Shown in pieces: positions 1 to 21,969 of a DNA stretch of 64,000 bases. Source of the DNA: the human T2T-CHM13v2.0 reference genome, Homo sapiens; assembly GCF_009914755.1 (NCBI RefSeq), contig NC_060925.1. One strand, 5' to 3'. Both the position numbers and the translations under genes were made by a program. Within the stretch, counting starts at the first letter, position 1. Every line of letters begins with the position of its first letter. The notes under the pieces are model-generated. The model saw only the letters and a program-made list of their open reading frames with translations. It was not told the DNA's origin and searched no databases.

Positions 1-389
1 CTCTCAAAAAAAACAACCAAACTTAAATGAATAGGTTAGATGGCAGCTAAGCACAGCTAAAGAGAAAATAAGCAGACTTGAAAAACAAAGGAAACTACTC
101 AAAATGTACAGAAAGACAACAATAAAAAAAATAAAAACAGGACTAACCATTATTTAGTTGAACTTCCATAAGACTCTCCCTATTTTTGTCAATGGTACCA
201 CCCTTCTCTGCCAACTAGTGTTGAACCCGAATACTTTCTTTCTTGTATCTTTCCTTCAGTTCCTCTATTCAGTCAATCATCAAATACTACAAATTATTTA
301 TTCAAAACACCTTGTTTCATTCTTTCCTCTTGATCTGAATACTGCTACATTGCTCTAAGTCCTTATAATGTATAATAGATGCCATTTAT

Positions 390-575
390 GAAATACTTTC
401 TATTCCAGGCACTGTGACAATTGCTTTACAGAGTCTTATTTAACCCCTACAAGAGAACTGTGAAACTGGTATTATTATAGTCATTTTATAAATAAGGAAA
501 CTGATCCTTGGCTACTTTACTGAGGTTGCATAAATAAGTACTAGAATCAGGATTTGATTCCCTAGGCAGTCTGCT
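390..575 (-). mobile_element. MIR SINE remnant
   Basis: Degenerate MIR core motifs (ccaggcactgtg, cattttata..aaggaaactga, ggatttga..ccctaggcagtctg); boundaries approximate. Confidence 0.6.
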
Positions 576-589
576 CCAATTATTGCACC

Positions 590-759
590 GTTTTTTTTTC
601 CTTATTTTGTTTTTTTTTTTACTTTTTATTTTAATTTTTTATTGAGACAAGGTCTCACTTTGTTGCCCAGGCTGGTTTCAAACTCCTGACTTCAAGCAAT
701 CCTCCTGCCTCAACCTCCCAAAGTGCTGGGGTTACAGGTGTGAGCCACTGCACCCAGCC
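590..759 (-). mobile_element. Alu monomer (FLAM/AluJ-like)
   Basis: Poly-T followed by gagacaaggtctcact...gagccactgcacccagcc. Confidence 0.85.
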
Positions 760-1283
760 CAGTTATAGCACCTTAAACCATTACAATATACACCTGTGTG
801 ATTACAGAAAAGCATCTTGAAGCTAGGCTGACTCAAGGCTCTCCCCGCCATAATCTATCCTTCTTAGAATACTACTTTTAACAAGTAACTCTTATGTACA
901 AAACCTCAATAGATCTATTTTCTATTACTTTACACCTAAACTTTCTTGTCTGTCAAGGTCCTAGATGTAACTACAAGATTTTATATTCCTTCTAATCTGA
1001 TCCACTCAAAAATTGGTTCAAGCTTCTCAACGTTCCACAAAGACACCATGCTGACATAATAAAAAACACTTTCAGTTTTTACTATATTTCACCTCTTTTG
1101 AATTCCTACAATATGCAGAATTTGCAGAAAACTGGGAAGATAAGATTATCTCTCAAAAGTACAAGGAACAGATGTTAAGAAGCAGAAGGAAAATTTTGCC
1201 TGAGGGGAGATTCTAAAAGAAAAGTAAAGAAAAATGAATAATTGGTCATAGTAATCAACTTTGCCTTATACATCTTTGTATTA

Positions 1284-1511
<228 letters not shown>

Positions 1512-1551
1512 CTATCTTTAAGGTGATGGTATTTTCAGACTACTTTTGTAA

Positions 1552-2996
<1,445 letters not shown>

Positions 2997-3314
2997 AAAA
3001 TCTGTCTTTCTGAACTGATTTCCAGATAATTGTTAGATAATACCCAACAGTTATGAAAAGCAAAAAAACTTAATAAATTCTTAATTATTTTCCAGTGTTT
3101 CCAAATTTGGTATTCTGGAATACCAAAATACAGCACAAGTTTAATTATTGAAGCGTCAAAAGGACATAATTATAAATAATTCCTCAACAAAGATGCCAGG
3201 GGCAGTGTAAAGCAAGGTTGTGATATTAAATCATATAGGGTACCATCAAAAACTTTTCATTTTACATGAGTGTATAACACGAGAAAACCACAATAAGAAA
3301 AAGACCACTAATGG

Positions 3315-3756
3315 GGCCAGGCCTGGTGGCTCACACCTATGTCAGCACTTTGGGAGGCCAAGGCAGGTGGATCACTTGAGGCCTGCAGTTCGAGACCAGC
3401 CTGGCCAACATGGTGAAACCCCATCTCCACTAGAAATACAAAATTAGCCAGGTGTGGTGCCACGCGCCTCTGGTCCCAGCTAGTTCAGAGGCTGAGGCAC
3501 GAGAATCACTTGAACCCAGGGGGAAGAGGTTTCAGTGAGCCAAGATCACGCCACCCCACTACAGCTTGGGTGACAAGAGCAAAACTCCATCTCAAAAAAC
3601 AAAAAACAAAAAATTAGCTGGACATGGTGGCACACGCCTGTAATCCCAGTTACTCAGGAGGCTGAGGCATGAGAATTGCTTGAATCAGTTGAGGTTGCAG
3701 TGAGCTGAGACCGCACCACTGCACTCCAGCCTGAGTGACAGAGTGAGACTCTGTCT
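3315..3756 (+). mobile_element. AluS plus an extra right arm whose A-tail is displaced to 4826-4880 by the LTR
   Basis: ggccaggcctggtggctcacac... dimer, then a second right arm ending gagactctgtct. Confidence 0.88.
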
Positions 3757-4825
3757 TGTTGCGGGAAGTCAGGGACCCCAAATGGAGGGACCGGCCGAAG
3801 CCATGACTGAAGGACGTGGATTGTGAAGATTTTATGGACATTTATTAGTTCCCCAAATTAATACTTTTGTAATTTCTTATGCCTGTCTTTACTGCAATCT
3901 CTAAACATAAATTGTAAAGATTTCATGGACACTTATCACTTCCCCAATCAATACCCTTGTGATTTCCTATGCCTGTCTTTGCTTTAATCTCTTAATCCTG
4001 TCAGCCGAGAAGGATGTATATCGTCTCAGGACCCTGTAATAATTGCGTTAACTACACAAATTGTACAGCATGTGTGTTTGAGCAATATGAAATGTGGGCA
4101 CCTGAAAAAAGAACAGGATAACAGCAATTGTTCAGGGAATAAGAGAGATAACCTTAAACTCTGACCGCCGGTGAGCCAGGCAGAACAGAGCCATATTTCT
4201 CTTCTTTCAAAAGCAAATGGGAGAAATATCACTGAATTCTTTTTCTCAGCATGGAATGTCCCTGAGAAAGAAAATGCGCACCTAGGGGTAGGTCTCTGAA
4301 CTGGCCCCCCCGGGGCGTACCTGTCTCTTATGGTCGAGATTGCAGAGGTGAAATAAACTCCAGTCTCCCATAGCGCTCCCAGGCTTATTAGGAAGAGGAA
4401 ATTCCCACCTAATAAATTGTAGTCAGACCGGTTGATCTGAAAACCCTGTCTCCTGATAAGATGTTATCAATGACAGTGGTGCCCAAAACCTCATTAGCAA
4501 TTTTAATTTCGCCTCAGTCCTGTGGTCCTGTGATCTCGCCCTGCCTCCACTTGCCTTGTGATATTCTATTACCCTGTTAAGTACTTGATGTCTGTCACCC
4601 ACACCTATTCGCACACTCCCTCCCCTTTTGAAACTCCCTAATAAAAACTTGCTGGTTTTTGTGGCTTGTGGGGCATCACGAATCCTACCAACGTGTGATG
4701 TCTCCCCCGGAAGCCCAGCTTTAAAATTTCTCTCTTTTGTACTCTGTCCTTTTATTTCTCAAGGCAGCGGACGCTTAGGAAAACAGAAAAGAACCTACGT
4801 GATTATCGGGGCAGGTCCCCCGATA
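3757..4825 (+). mobile_element. Solo LTR, MER11 family (HERV-K11/HML-8; MER11B/C-like), 1069 bp
   Basis: Starts TGTTGCGGGAAGTCAGGGACCCC and ends GGTCCCCCGATA; exact 6-bp TSD CTGTCT at 3751-3756 and 4826-4831; AATAAA at 4640-4645. Confidence 0.9.
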
Positions 4826-4880
4826 CTGTCTCAAAAAACAAAAAAAAAGAAAAAAGAAAAAGAAAATGGAAAAAAAAAAA

Positions 4881-5680
<800 letters not shown>

Positions 5681-6429
5681 TTTTAATTAAAAACAGAATA
5701 CACTGAACTTGTTACACAACTGTACCCTTCTAAGAATAGAAGACAAAATTTTTCTGTCAACATGGGGTTTCCCCATGTTGCCCAGGCTGATTTTGAACTC
5801 CTGAGCTCAAGCGATCTGCCCACCTCAGCCTCCCAAAGTGCTAGGATTACAGGCATAAGCCACCTTGCCCACCGACAAATTTTCAAATAAGAGATGGCAG
5901 GGGGGTAGAACACAAGGGCCAAAATTAAAGCAAAAGGAATACGATAGCCTCCTTGGGTCATGTTTCCCACTATCTTCATCAAGAACATCTGGCACAAAGA
6001 AAGACATTACAGAGAATAAAGGCGACCCATGAATGCAATTCTGGTTTGGAAGAAAAAAAAATTCACATGTCAGCATTAACTGTCGTTCCCTAGGGGAAAA
6101 AAGAGCAATAAATGATCCAAAGAGCCAAATAATACAAGCTGATTTGCCCAGTCCCCATAGTAACAGACTGAGAAAAATGGAAGACAGGTGGCAAGCTCCT
6201 ACTTCACTTGACAAAGGCTTAGGAACATCTGAGGAAACTTGGTATACCTAATGTGAAATTATTCCCATCAAGGAATCAGTATTTGTAAGAGGGAAGGAAC
6301 CCAACCAATTTCCCACTTGTCTAGAAAGTAAACAAACACCGATATAATTTTTAGCCTCCTAAGTTCAGGTACTATTTCCCATCAATAAAGATCTATATTA
6401 CGAAAATAATTGAAGGAGGGACGGAACTA

Positions 6430-6632
6430 GTATTTACTGAGTGCCTATTACATACTAGACCCTTTAGTTTAGTAATCTTATTCAACCCCACACAATAATC
6501 TTCTGTGAGACAGAGATTACCATCCTCATTTTACAGATGAAGAACTGAGGCTTAGTTAATTAACTTGATCACGGTCACCCACCTAACAAGTGGTAGAGCT
6601 AGGATATGAACCCAGAATTTCCTGATTCTAAA
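6430..6632 (-). mobile_element. MIR SINE remnant
   Basis: tatttactgagtgcctatta...cattttacagatgaagaactgaggcttag...gagctaggatatgaacccag. Confidence 0.75.
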
Positions 6633-6718
6633 GATTATATTCTTTTTTCTCTTCCAACCTACCTTCCCAAGTTATGTGAAAAGCTGTAAGACAAATATTT
6701 GTAAATATACTTCTATAC

Positions 6719-6762
6719 CTGGTATTCATCTGGGGCCGTGCAAAAGGATATATAGGCTCCAT
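6719..6762 (-). CDS. STIL: STIL exon 2, coding part with start codon (whole exon 6719-6805)
   Basis: ATG at 6762-6760 in strong Kozak context (atcATGg); encodes MEPIYPFARPQMNT plus AG; acceptor tctctttaattctttAG at 6807-6806; donor AG|GTATAG at 6718. Confidence 0.96.
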
Positions 6763-7301
6763 GATGTCTGGTGAATGATTTCTTTAATTCCAAATCCTCA
6801 GTATCCTAAAGAATTAAAGAGAATATTACTAATGAATGATAAAAACAAAGAAGAAAAATATGATTTAACCACATATTAAAATTACAGGCAAAATTAGATT
6901 ACTTATATGAAGTGTGACTATAGATTAATAAGATTAAATGCTTGTAGATTCTGCCAATCATTTTCATACGTTAGAGTCATTCTGCCAATAAATTACTGTT
7001 AATATTTATTCTAGGCAGCAAAATCTACCAATATATCTATCCCTTAAGGAAAGCTCGGATTCTGCCCCAAAACCTTTGTATCAACTTAGTGAGCTCGGTA
7101 AGGCAGGTAGTATCAAATGTATGAGATTTTGACCAAAAACCTTACAACCCTCATAAAACCATGAAGCAGCAGAAAAAAATGATTTGGGCTAGATATTTAT
7201 TTGGGGCCTATAATGAAGTCATTAAAGAATCTTCATTGGAAAAAAAACAGTACTGCATGCATTCCCACAAACTGACTTGTGTCAGTGAAAAATCAGTGTT
7301 C

Positions 7302-9814
<2,513 letters not shown>

Positions 9815-10141
9815 TTACATACAGAATAAAGGATCTTCACAATCCAGCCCCACTCTATTATTCCAACCTTAACCCCCCCATCCACTCATCCTACATTCCA
9901 GTCAAACTGAACTACTTGCAGTGCCCCGGTTTCAATATCTGCACAGGATGCCTCCCTTAACTTGGAATGCCCTAGTAAACCCCCGCCATCCCTCACAATC
10001 CAACTCGAATGTCACTTCCTCTGTGAAACCTTCTCCCAGACACCGTGGCGATGGTACTATACTGTCTGTACTCACACGCATAGCATTCTCGCACTTTGCT
10101 GTTTACACTTTACTTCCAGTAGTCCATGAACTTCAAACATT

Positions 10142-10169
10142 AACTGATCCCTTACTACGTAGCAGAGTG
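10142..10169 (-). other. Cryptic V(D)J recombination signal at the STIL-TAL1 deletion breakpoint region
   Basis: Minus strand CACTCTG (5/7 match to CACAGTG), 12-nt spacer CTACGTAGTAAG, then GGATCAGTT; ~310 nt into STIL intron 1, where T-ALL breakpoints are known to cluster. Confidence 0.65.
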
Positions 10170-10379
10170 TGAGCCAGAAATTGTGAGGAATGCAAGAGCG
10201 AGCATTCAAGGTTTCAGTCCTCAAGAAATTCCCACCGTAAAAACAACTTTAAATGGCACGTTATCGACTGCAAACCTCTTTCACATACCTTAGCTCAGAT
10301 GATACCCAAGGATTTCATGGACTGCTTAATTTCTCCCACTAGCTCCCCTTCTCGTCATCTGCTCCAGGCTCCTGGAGGG

Positions 10380-10990
10380 CGGAACCCACTACAGGGCTTT
10401 GAATGTTACCCACCAACCTTCCCAGGGCCCCGCTGCCGCCTCTCAAGGGGAAACCAGGAGCACAAAGCTCCACTTACCGCAACTTCCGCGGAGCTGAGGT
10501 CTGTTTGCAGGGTAGGAGCGGGAGCCGGCTCCAAGGAGCGCCACCGCCGACTCCGGCCCCGCCTCTGGGACGTTGGGGTCGCGGGAACTGAGGCGGCAAA
10601 CACAAGCTCGCGAAACTGAAGGCCGCGCCACGCCTGCTGACTGGTCAGAAACCTCGCCAGTCAGGGAGCGGGGGTGGTGCTAGAGAGCCGCGCACGGTCG
10701 CCGTTACGTATTGGTGTGCCGACCAATCAGCGCCCCGCACTGGTTCCGCGCTCGACCAATCCCAAGTCTTCTTGGAGAACTGCGGGCGCCACCGGCGCTC
10801 CAGGATCAAGGATCCGAGGATTTAAACCTTTCATTTCGTCAACGGTTAAGTTCCGGGGCGGGGTAGGCTTTCCGCAAGCGCAATGGAAAGCCCAGCTAGG
10901 TAGACGGAGGAGCGAGTGGCAGATGAAGCCGGAAGTGCTCTATAAGATGATCATTGGTCGGCGACTGGAAGCGGACACCCGAAGAACAGT
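10380..10990. promoter_or_regulatory. STIL CpG-island promoter with cell-cycle motifs
   Basis: High CpG density. E2F consensus TTTGCCGC (10593-10600, minus); CCAAT boxes 10710-14, 10723-27, 10756-60, 10953-57; MYB-type YAACGG 10701-06 and 10840-45; GC box ~10855-63; ETS CCGGAAGTG 10929-37. Confidence 0.85.
10478..10589 (-). other. STIL: STIL exon 1 (5' UTR, non-coding); start site approximate
   Basis: Strong donor GCG|GTAAGTG at 10477; lies within the CpG island; no ATG. Confidence 0.88.
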
Positions 10991-11171
10991 TTCCAAACTC
11001 TTTACCTGAAAGCACAAAAGACAAGAAAGTTAGAGTTATTCCAGTTTCTTACTTTTTAATTTTTATTCTAAAATGTACATTTTTAATTTTTCCTTTTTGT
11101 GATCACTTATCCTCAACTTCTAGATTTCTTCCAGTTTCTTTCCTAGGAAGCCATCTGTTTTAGTGACATAA

Positions 11172-12100
<929 letters not shown>

Positions 12101-12235
12101 CAAAGTAACATAAAAATTTTAAATTCCTGTTGAGTAGAAGAAAAGAATGTGACTTAAATTTATAAACCATATATGCCTATCTCTACAACTAGCATTGATA
12201 TTATATATAGTATTGATATTTTATGTATTTATATA

Positions 12236-13564
<1,329 letters not shown>

Positions 13565-13931
13565 TTTATATGGTATTAATATTCCTTTGATAATTTGTAA
13601 TTATTTCCACAGCTAATGTGGTAATAGTGCTTTCTCCACCAGTATCTGATATTATTCTCCTAAAAGCCAAAGTAGAGAAGTGTTATCCCTATTTAACAAG
13701 AGATGAAATGTGTTAAGATCCCACAGCTAGTTAGTGCAGAGACAGGATTTGAAATGTCACTTATTTTCCTCAACACTCCACTTTTGTTAGTTTCCTGAGC
13801 AATATGGAAATATCTTAAAGTCCGAGCTGTATTTGTAGGCTGCTCTGGTCAGAATAAGCAGCTACCCTTTTAAGAGAGTGAAAACACTATTCTGAAAAAT
13901 GTATCAAACTAGCAAAGAAATATGTGCTCTA

Positions 13932-14610
<679 letters not shown>

Positions 14611-15344
14611 ATTGAGATCACTGACACATCTCAATGACGGCCATTGGTTACATGAAGTGCAAAGGCCCTGAGTTACATGGGAAGCCTTTGGAAAATTTTT
14701 TTTTTTTTGAAACAGAGTCTCACTCTGGTGCCGGGCCTGAAGTACAGTGGTGTGATCTCAGCTCACTGCAACCTACGACTCCTGGGTTCAAGTGATGAAC
14801 CCTGCCTCAGCCTCCGAGTAGCTGGGATTACAGGCACCCGCCATTACGTCCAGCTCATTTTTTGTATTTTTAGTAGAGACAGGGTTTCACCATGTTGGCC
14901 AGGCTGGTTTCGAACTTCTGACCTCGTGATTCATCTGCCTCAGTCTCCCAAAGTGTTGGGATTACAGGCGTGAGCCACCACCCCCAGCCTGGAAGATTTT
15001 ATATACAGGACTGACATAATCTGATTTTAGGTTTTTGTTTGTTTTGTTTTGTTTTGTTTTTTGAGATGGAGTCTCGCTCTGTTGCCCAGGCTGGAGTGCA
15101 GTGGCGCCATCTAGGCTCACTGCAACCTCCGCCTCCCAGATTCAAGCATTTCTTGTGCCTCAGGCTCCCGAGCAGCTGGGAATACAGGCCCCTGCCATCA
15201 CGCCCAGCTAATTTTTGTATTTTTGGTAGGGACGGATTTTCACCATATAGGCCCTGCTGGTCTCAAACTCCTGATCTCAGGCAACCCTCCCTCCTCGGCC
15301 TCCCAAAGTGCTAGGATTACAGGCGTGAGCCACTGCGCCTGGGT

Positions 15345-15590
15345 GAGGCTATGATTTTAGGTTTTAAAAGGACCATTGATTGCTATATTGAGAATAGACT
15401 GTTTGGGGCAAGGGCAGAGATGCAAGGGGACCAGTTAAAAAACTGCTGCAATAACTTAGAAGAGAGATTGATGGTAGCTTGGACCAGAATGGTAGCAATG
15501 GAGGTGGTGAGAGGTTATTGTATTCTGGATATATTTTGAAGGAATAATCAATACTATTTGATTCCAGATTGAATTTAGCATGTAAAAGAA
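15345..15590 (-). mobile_element. L2 LINE remnant (further pieces at ~14650-14695 and ~14990-15032)
   Basis: gatggtagcttggaccagaatggtagcaatggaggtggtgagag...tctggatatattttgaagg, typical of L2. Confidence 0.75.
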
Positions 15591-15679
15591 AGGAACGCTG
15601 TGTCAGCTTCTCATGATTTATGATTTTCTTTAAAACTACTTTGATATTAGAAAGAGAAATGTAGTATGAGTTAGATAAA

Positions 15680-17279
<1,600 letters not shown>

Positions 17280-18949
17280 ATTGTCTGGTACACTCGCTTG
17301 CGCCTGCAGTCCCAACACTTTGGGAGGCTGAGGTGGGTGGATTGCCTGAGCCCAGAAGATCAAGGCCAGCCTGGGAAACATAGTGAGACCCCATCTCTAT
17401 TCATTATAAAATATAATTTTTAAAAACAAACAAAAATCCTTCCAGTAAGAGACAATAGCCAAAAAAAAAGTGTTTTAGAGGCAAATTTTTTTTTTGAAAC
17501 GGAATCTTGCTCTGTTGCCCAGGCTGAAGTGCAGTGGCTGGACCTCAGCTCACTGCAACCTCCACTTCCTAGGTTCAAGCAATTCTCCCTGCCTCAGCCT
17601 CCCAAGTAGCTGGGATTACAGGTGCCTGCCACCACACCTGGCTAATTTTTGTATTTTCAGTAGAGACGGGGTTTCAGGATGTTGGCCAGGCTGGTCTTGA
17701 ACTCCTGACCTCAGGTGATCCGCCCACCTCGGCCTCCCAAAGTGCTGGGATTACAGGTGTGAGCCACCGTGCCTGACTGAGGCAAATTCTTAGGATTAAA
17801 AAAATTAAAGAGTCTATTACAAAGAAAAAAGGAAAGTACAAGGTGAGAGCTGAGGCATGTGCTAATCTTTAGAACAACTAAAATAGCATGTCTTCCTTTT
17901 TGCTTAGTAATAACTCAAATACCAATGAGAGTTCAATTAAACATTTTATTAACACTGGACTTTTTTTTTATGGAGTCTCGCTCTGTCTCCCAGGCTGGAA
18001 TGCAGTGGCATGATCTCGGTTCAAGCAATTCTCCCTGCCTCAGCCTCCCAAGTAGCTGGGATTATAGGCAACCGACACCACTCCCAGCTAATTTTTGAAT
18101 TTTTAGTAGAGACAGGGTTTCACCATTTTGGCCAGGCTGGTCTCGAACTTCTGACCTTGTGATCCGCCTGCTTCGGCCTCCCAAAGTGCTGGGATTACAG
18201 GCGTGAGCCACCATGCCTGGCCTACCACTGGACTTCTAAGCAGGATATACACTTAACACTATGCATAAATACTTTTTGACTGAAATGAAAAGTAATTATT
18301 GACTTCATTTTAGGATAGGAATGATTCAGCATTATATTTAGGAGAGCTTGGAAGTGACTAAAGAGCTTATTTCCCCAGATGTTTTCTTTTTTTTTTTGAA
18401 TTATAATGCAATAATCAATAGCTTTGGGGATCTGACCCCAATTCTGCCATTTAATTTCTCTGAGATTGATTTTCCTCATTTGCATATTGTACATTATCAT
18501 AAAAAAGAGTTAATGCATAATGAGTGTGAAAGTTAAAGGGGCCACCCATATATTATTATTAGTCTAGGTGTACTGGCAGTTGACATTATTAATAAATGAG
18601 CAACACATTGCCCTGTGTTCAAAGAGATTAAGGGAACTGATTTGTTAAATTAGAAAGAGAATAAGGGCTGGGCGCAGTGACTCACATCTGTAATTCCAGC
18701 ACTTTGGGAGGCCAAGGTGCACAGATCACCTGAGGTCAGGAGTTTGAGACCAGGCTGACCAACATGGTGAAACCCTGTCTCCACTAAATATACAAAAAAA
18801 TTAGCCAGGCATGGTGGCAGACGCCTGTACTCCCAGCTATTCGGGAGGCTGAGGCAGGAGAATCTCTTGAACCCGGGAGGGGAGGTTGCAGTGAGCCGAG
18901 ATCGCGCCACTGCAGTCCAGCCTGGGTGACAGAGCGAGACTCCGTCTCA

Positions 18950-19135
<186 letters not shown>

Positions 19136-19340
19136 TTAAGTTTAATGGAATAAAATCTACAAATGCTATACCAAGGACCTACTATACACTAAGCTTTAGT
19201 GCTAGCTGGTATGGGGAGTTGAAAGGACATGATAAGCATAGAACAGGGAAGGCACAATTTTATAGGCTGTGTAATAAGAGGTAATTACCCAAAGCAAATA
19301 TGAATAATTGTTAGATGACAGGCCAGTTTAAATAGACTGA

Positions 19341-19643
<303 letters not shown>

Positions 19644-19933
19644 TGACCCACCCACCTCGGCCTCCCGAAGTGCTGGGATTACAGGCGTGAGCCACACCGC
19701 ACCTGGCCATTCATGTGTCATTTCAAGACACTGTGGAATTGCTATTACCTTTGGCCCTTACAGAGAAAAGCTACTGGTTTTATTTTTTAAATTTCCAAGT
19801 TCTTTAGTTTGCTTCACAGATAACCATTTCCAGTTTGTCATTTTTTTAAAAGTATGAATTTGTTGCATAAACAATGTTATAACAAGAAAAAAATTGTAAA
19901 AGGAAAAATTCATCCAGAATTCTATATTCTAAC

Positions 19934-20292
19934 TGCTGTAGACTGAATATTTGTGTTCCCCACAAAATTCATATGTTGAAGTCCTAACCTCTAATATGAT
20001 AGTAAGTAGCTGGAGCCTTTGGGAGGTGATTAGGTCATGATGGCAGAGCCTTCATGAATGGGATTAGTACCTTATAAAAGAAACCTCCAGAGAGCTCCCT
20101 TGCTCCTTTCTGCCCTGTGAAGTCACACGGAGAAAATGGCTGTTTATGAACCAAGATAGCAGGCCCTCACTAGATACCAAATCTGCCAGCTCCTTGATCT
20201 CTAACTTCCTATCTTTGAGAGCTGTGAAAAATAAATTTCTGCTGTTTATAAGCTACCTGTTTATGGTATTCTGTTATAGCAACCCAAAGACA
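19934..20292 (+). mobile_element. MaLR LTR (MLT1A-like)
   Basis: TG start; aaaattcatatgttgaagtcctaacc...gcctttgggaggtgattaggtcatga...aataaatttctgctgtttataagc; CA end. Confidence 0.82.
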
Positions 20293-21389
20293 TCAATTGT
20301 TTTTCCTTATTCCTTTTCAGTCCCTGTCCACATGACATGGTCTTTATGATTAGACTAAGTAAATGTTCAGTGCTATAAACCCTGATGGTGCCTGCTAACA
20401 GACTGGCTATGGGGATTAAAGAGCTATTGTTATCACCAGGAACAGGGAAGTTGGAATCTGTTATTTCTCCTCTTCCTGGTTCTGTTACTTATTACTGTAC
20501 TAAGTTTCTCCAAACACCCAACTTTCCCTTTCTCAATTTACACTTCTAAGCTAAATTGTACTACTGATTTTTAAAAACAACTACAGCTTTGCTTTTAAGA
20601 CACATATTTTTATTTTATTTATGTCTTTTTTTTTAAAAAAAAAGATGGGGTCTCTCTCTGTCACCCAGGTGGGAGTGCAGTGGCACGATCTCAGCTCACT
20701 GCAGCTTCAACTTCCTGGGCTCAAGTGATCCTCCCACTTCAGCCCCCTCTCCGTCCCAAGTAGCTGGGACTACAGGCGTGCACCACCACACCAGGCTAAT
20801 TTTTGTATTTTTTTGTAGAGATGGGGTTTCACCATGTTGCCCAAGGTGGTCTCAAACTCCTGAGCTCAGGAGATCTACCTGCCTTGGCCTCCCAAGGAGT
20901 GCTGGGATTACAGGCGTGAGCCACTGCACCCGGCCTTAAGAAACATATTTTTAAAGAAGATTGCTAATCTGTCAATTTATGCCAAATTCCTTTTAGACAC
21001 TTAAAAATCTTAGAAGAGGCAACAATTACAATTTATGTCTCAAGTCATGTTGACTTATTTTACTTATTTTTTAAAGTTTGGATTATTTGGAATGAATACA
21101 ATGATCAAATATCACATACTGGTAAATTCTCTAAAAGTATTTGCTAAACTGAGCTAATGTACCATCATCCTGATTTTGCAGACAAAGAAATTGCAGGTAT
21201 AACCAACCTACCTAAGCTTGTAAAGTTAGCAAAGATGCTGTAAATTCAGCTAAAGACAGTCAGTCTCCCTTCACTGGTCTGCCTGCAGTTCTGCAGTATG
21301 AAGCTAAGCTCAGCTGACAAAGTCACTCCCAGGAGAGCAGTCATATTGTCTGCTGCCAGATTTGTCACATCACATTTTTTTTTTTTTGA

Positions 21390-21695
<306 letters not shown>

Positions 21696-21804
21696 TAATC
21701 CCAGCACTGGGAGGCCGAGGTGGGCGGATCACCTGAAGTCAGGAGTTTGGGACCAGCCTGGCCAACATGGTAAAACCCCATCTCTACTAAAACACAAAAA
21801 ATTA

Positions 21805-21969
<165 letters not shown>

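Noticed and set aside
6060-6112. Strong minus-strand acceptor (ctcttttttcccctAG at 6091-90) in STIL intron 2
   Set aside because: No convincing donor downstream at exon distance; isolated acceptors are common
10299-11009. Overlapping ORFs across the STIL promoter
   Set aside because: CpG-island composition artefacts with no recognisable homology
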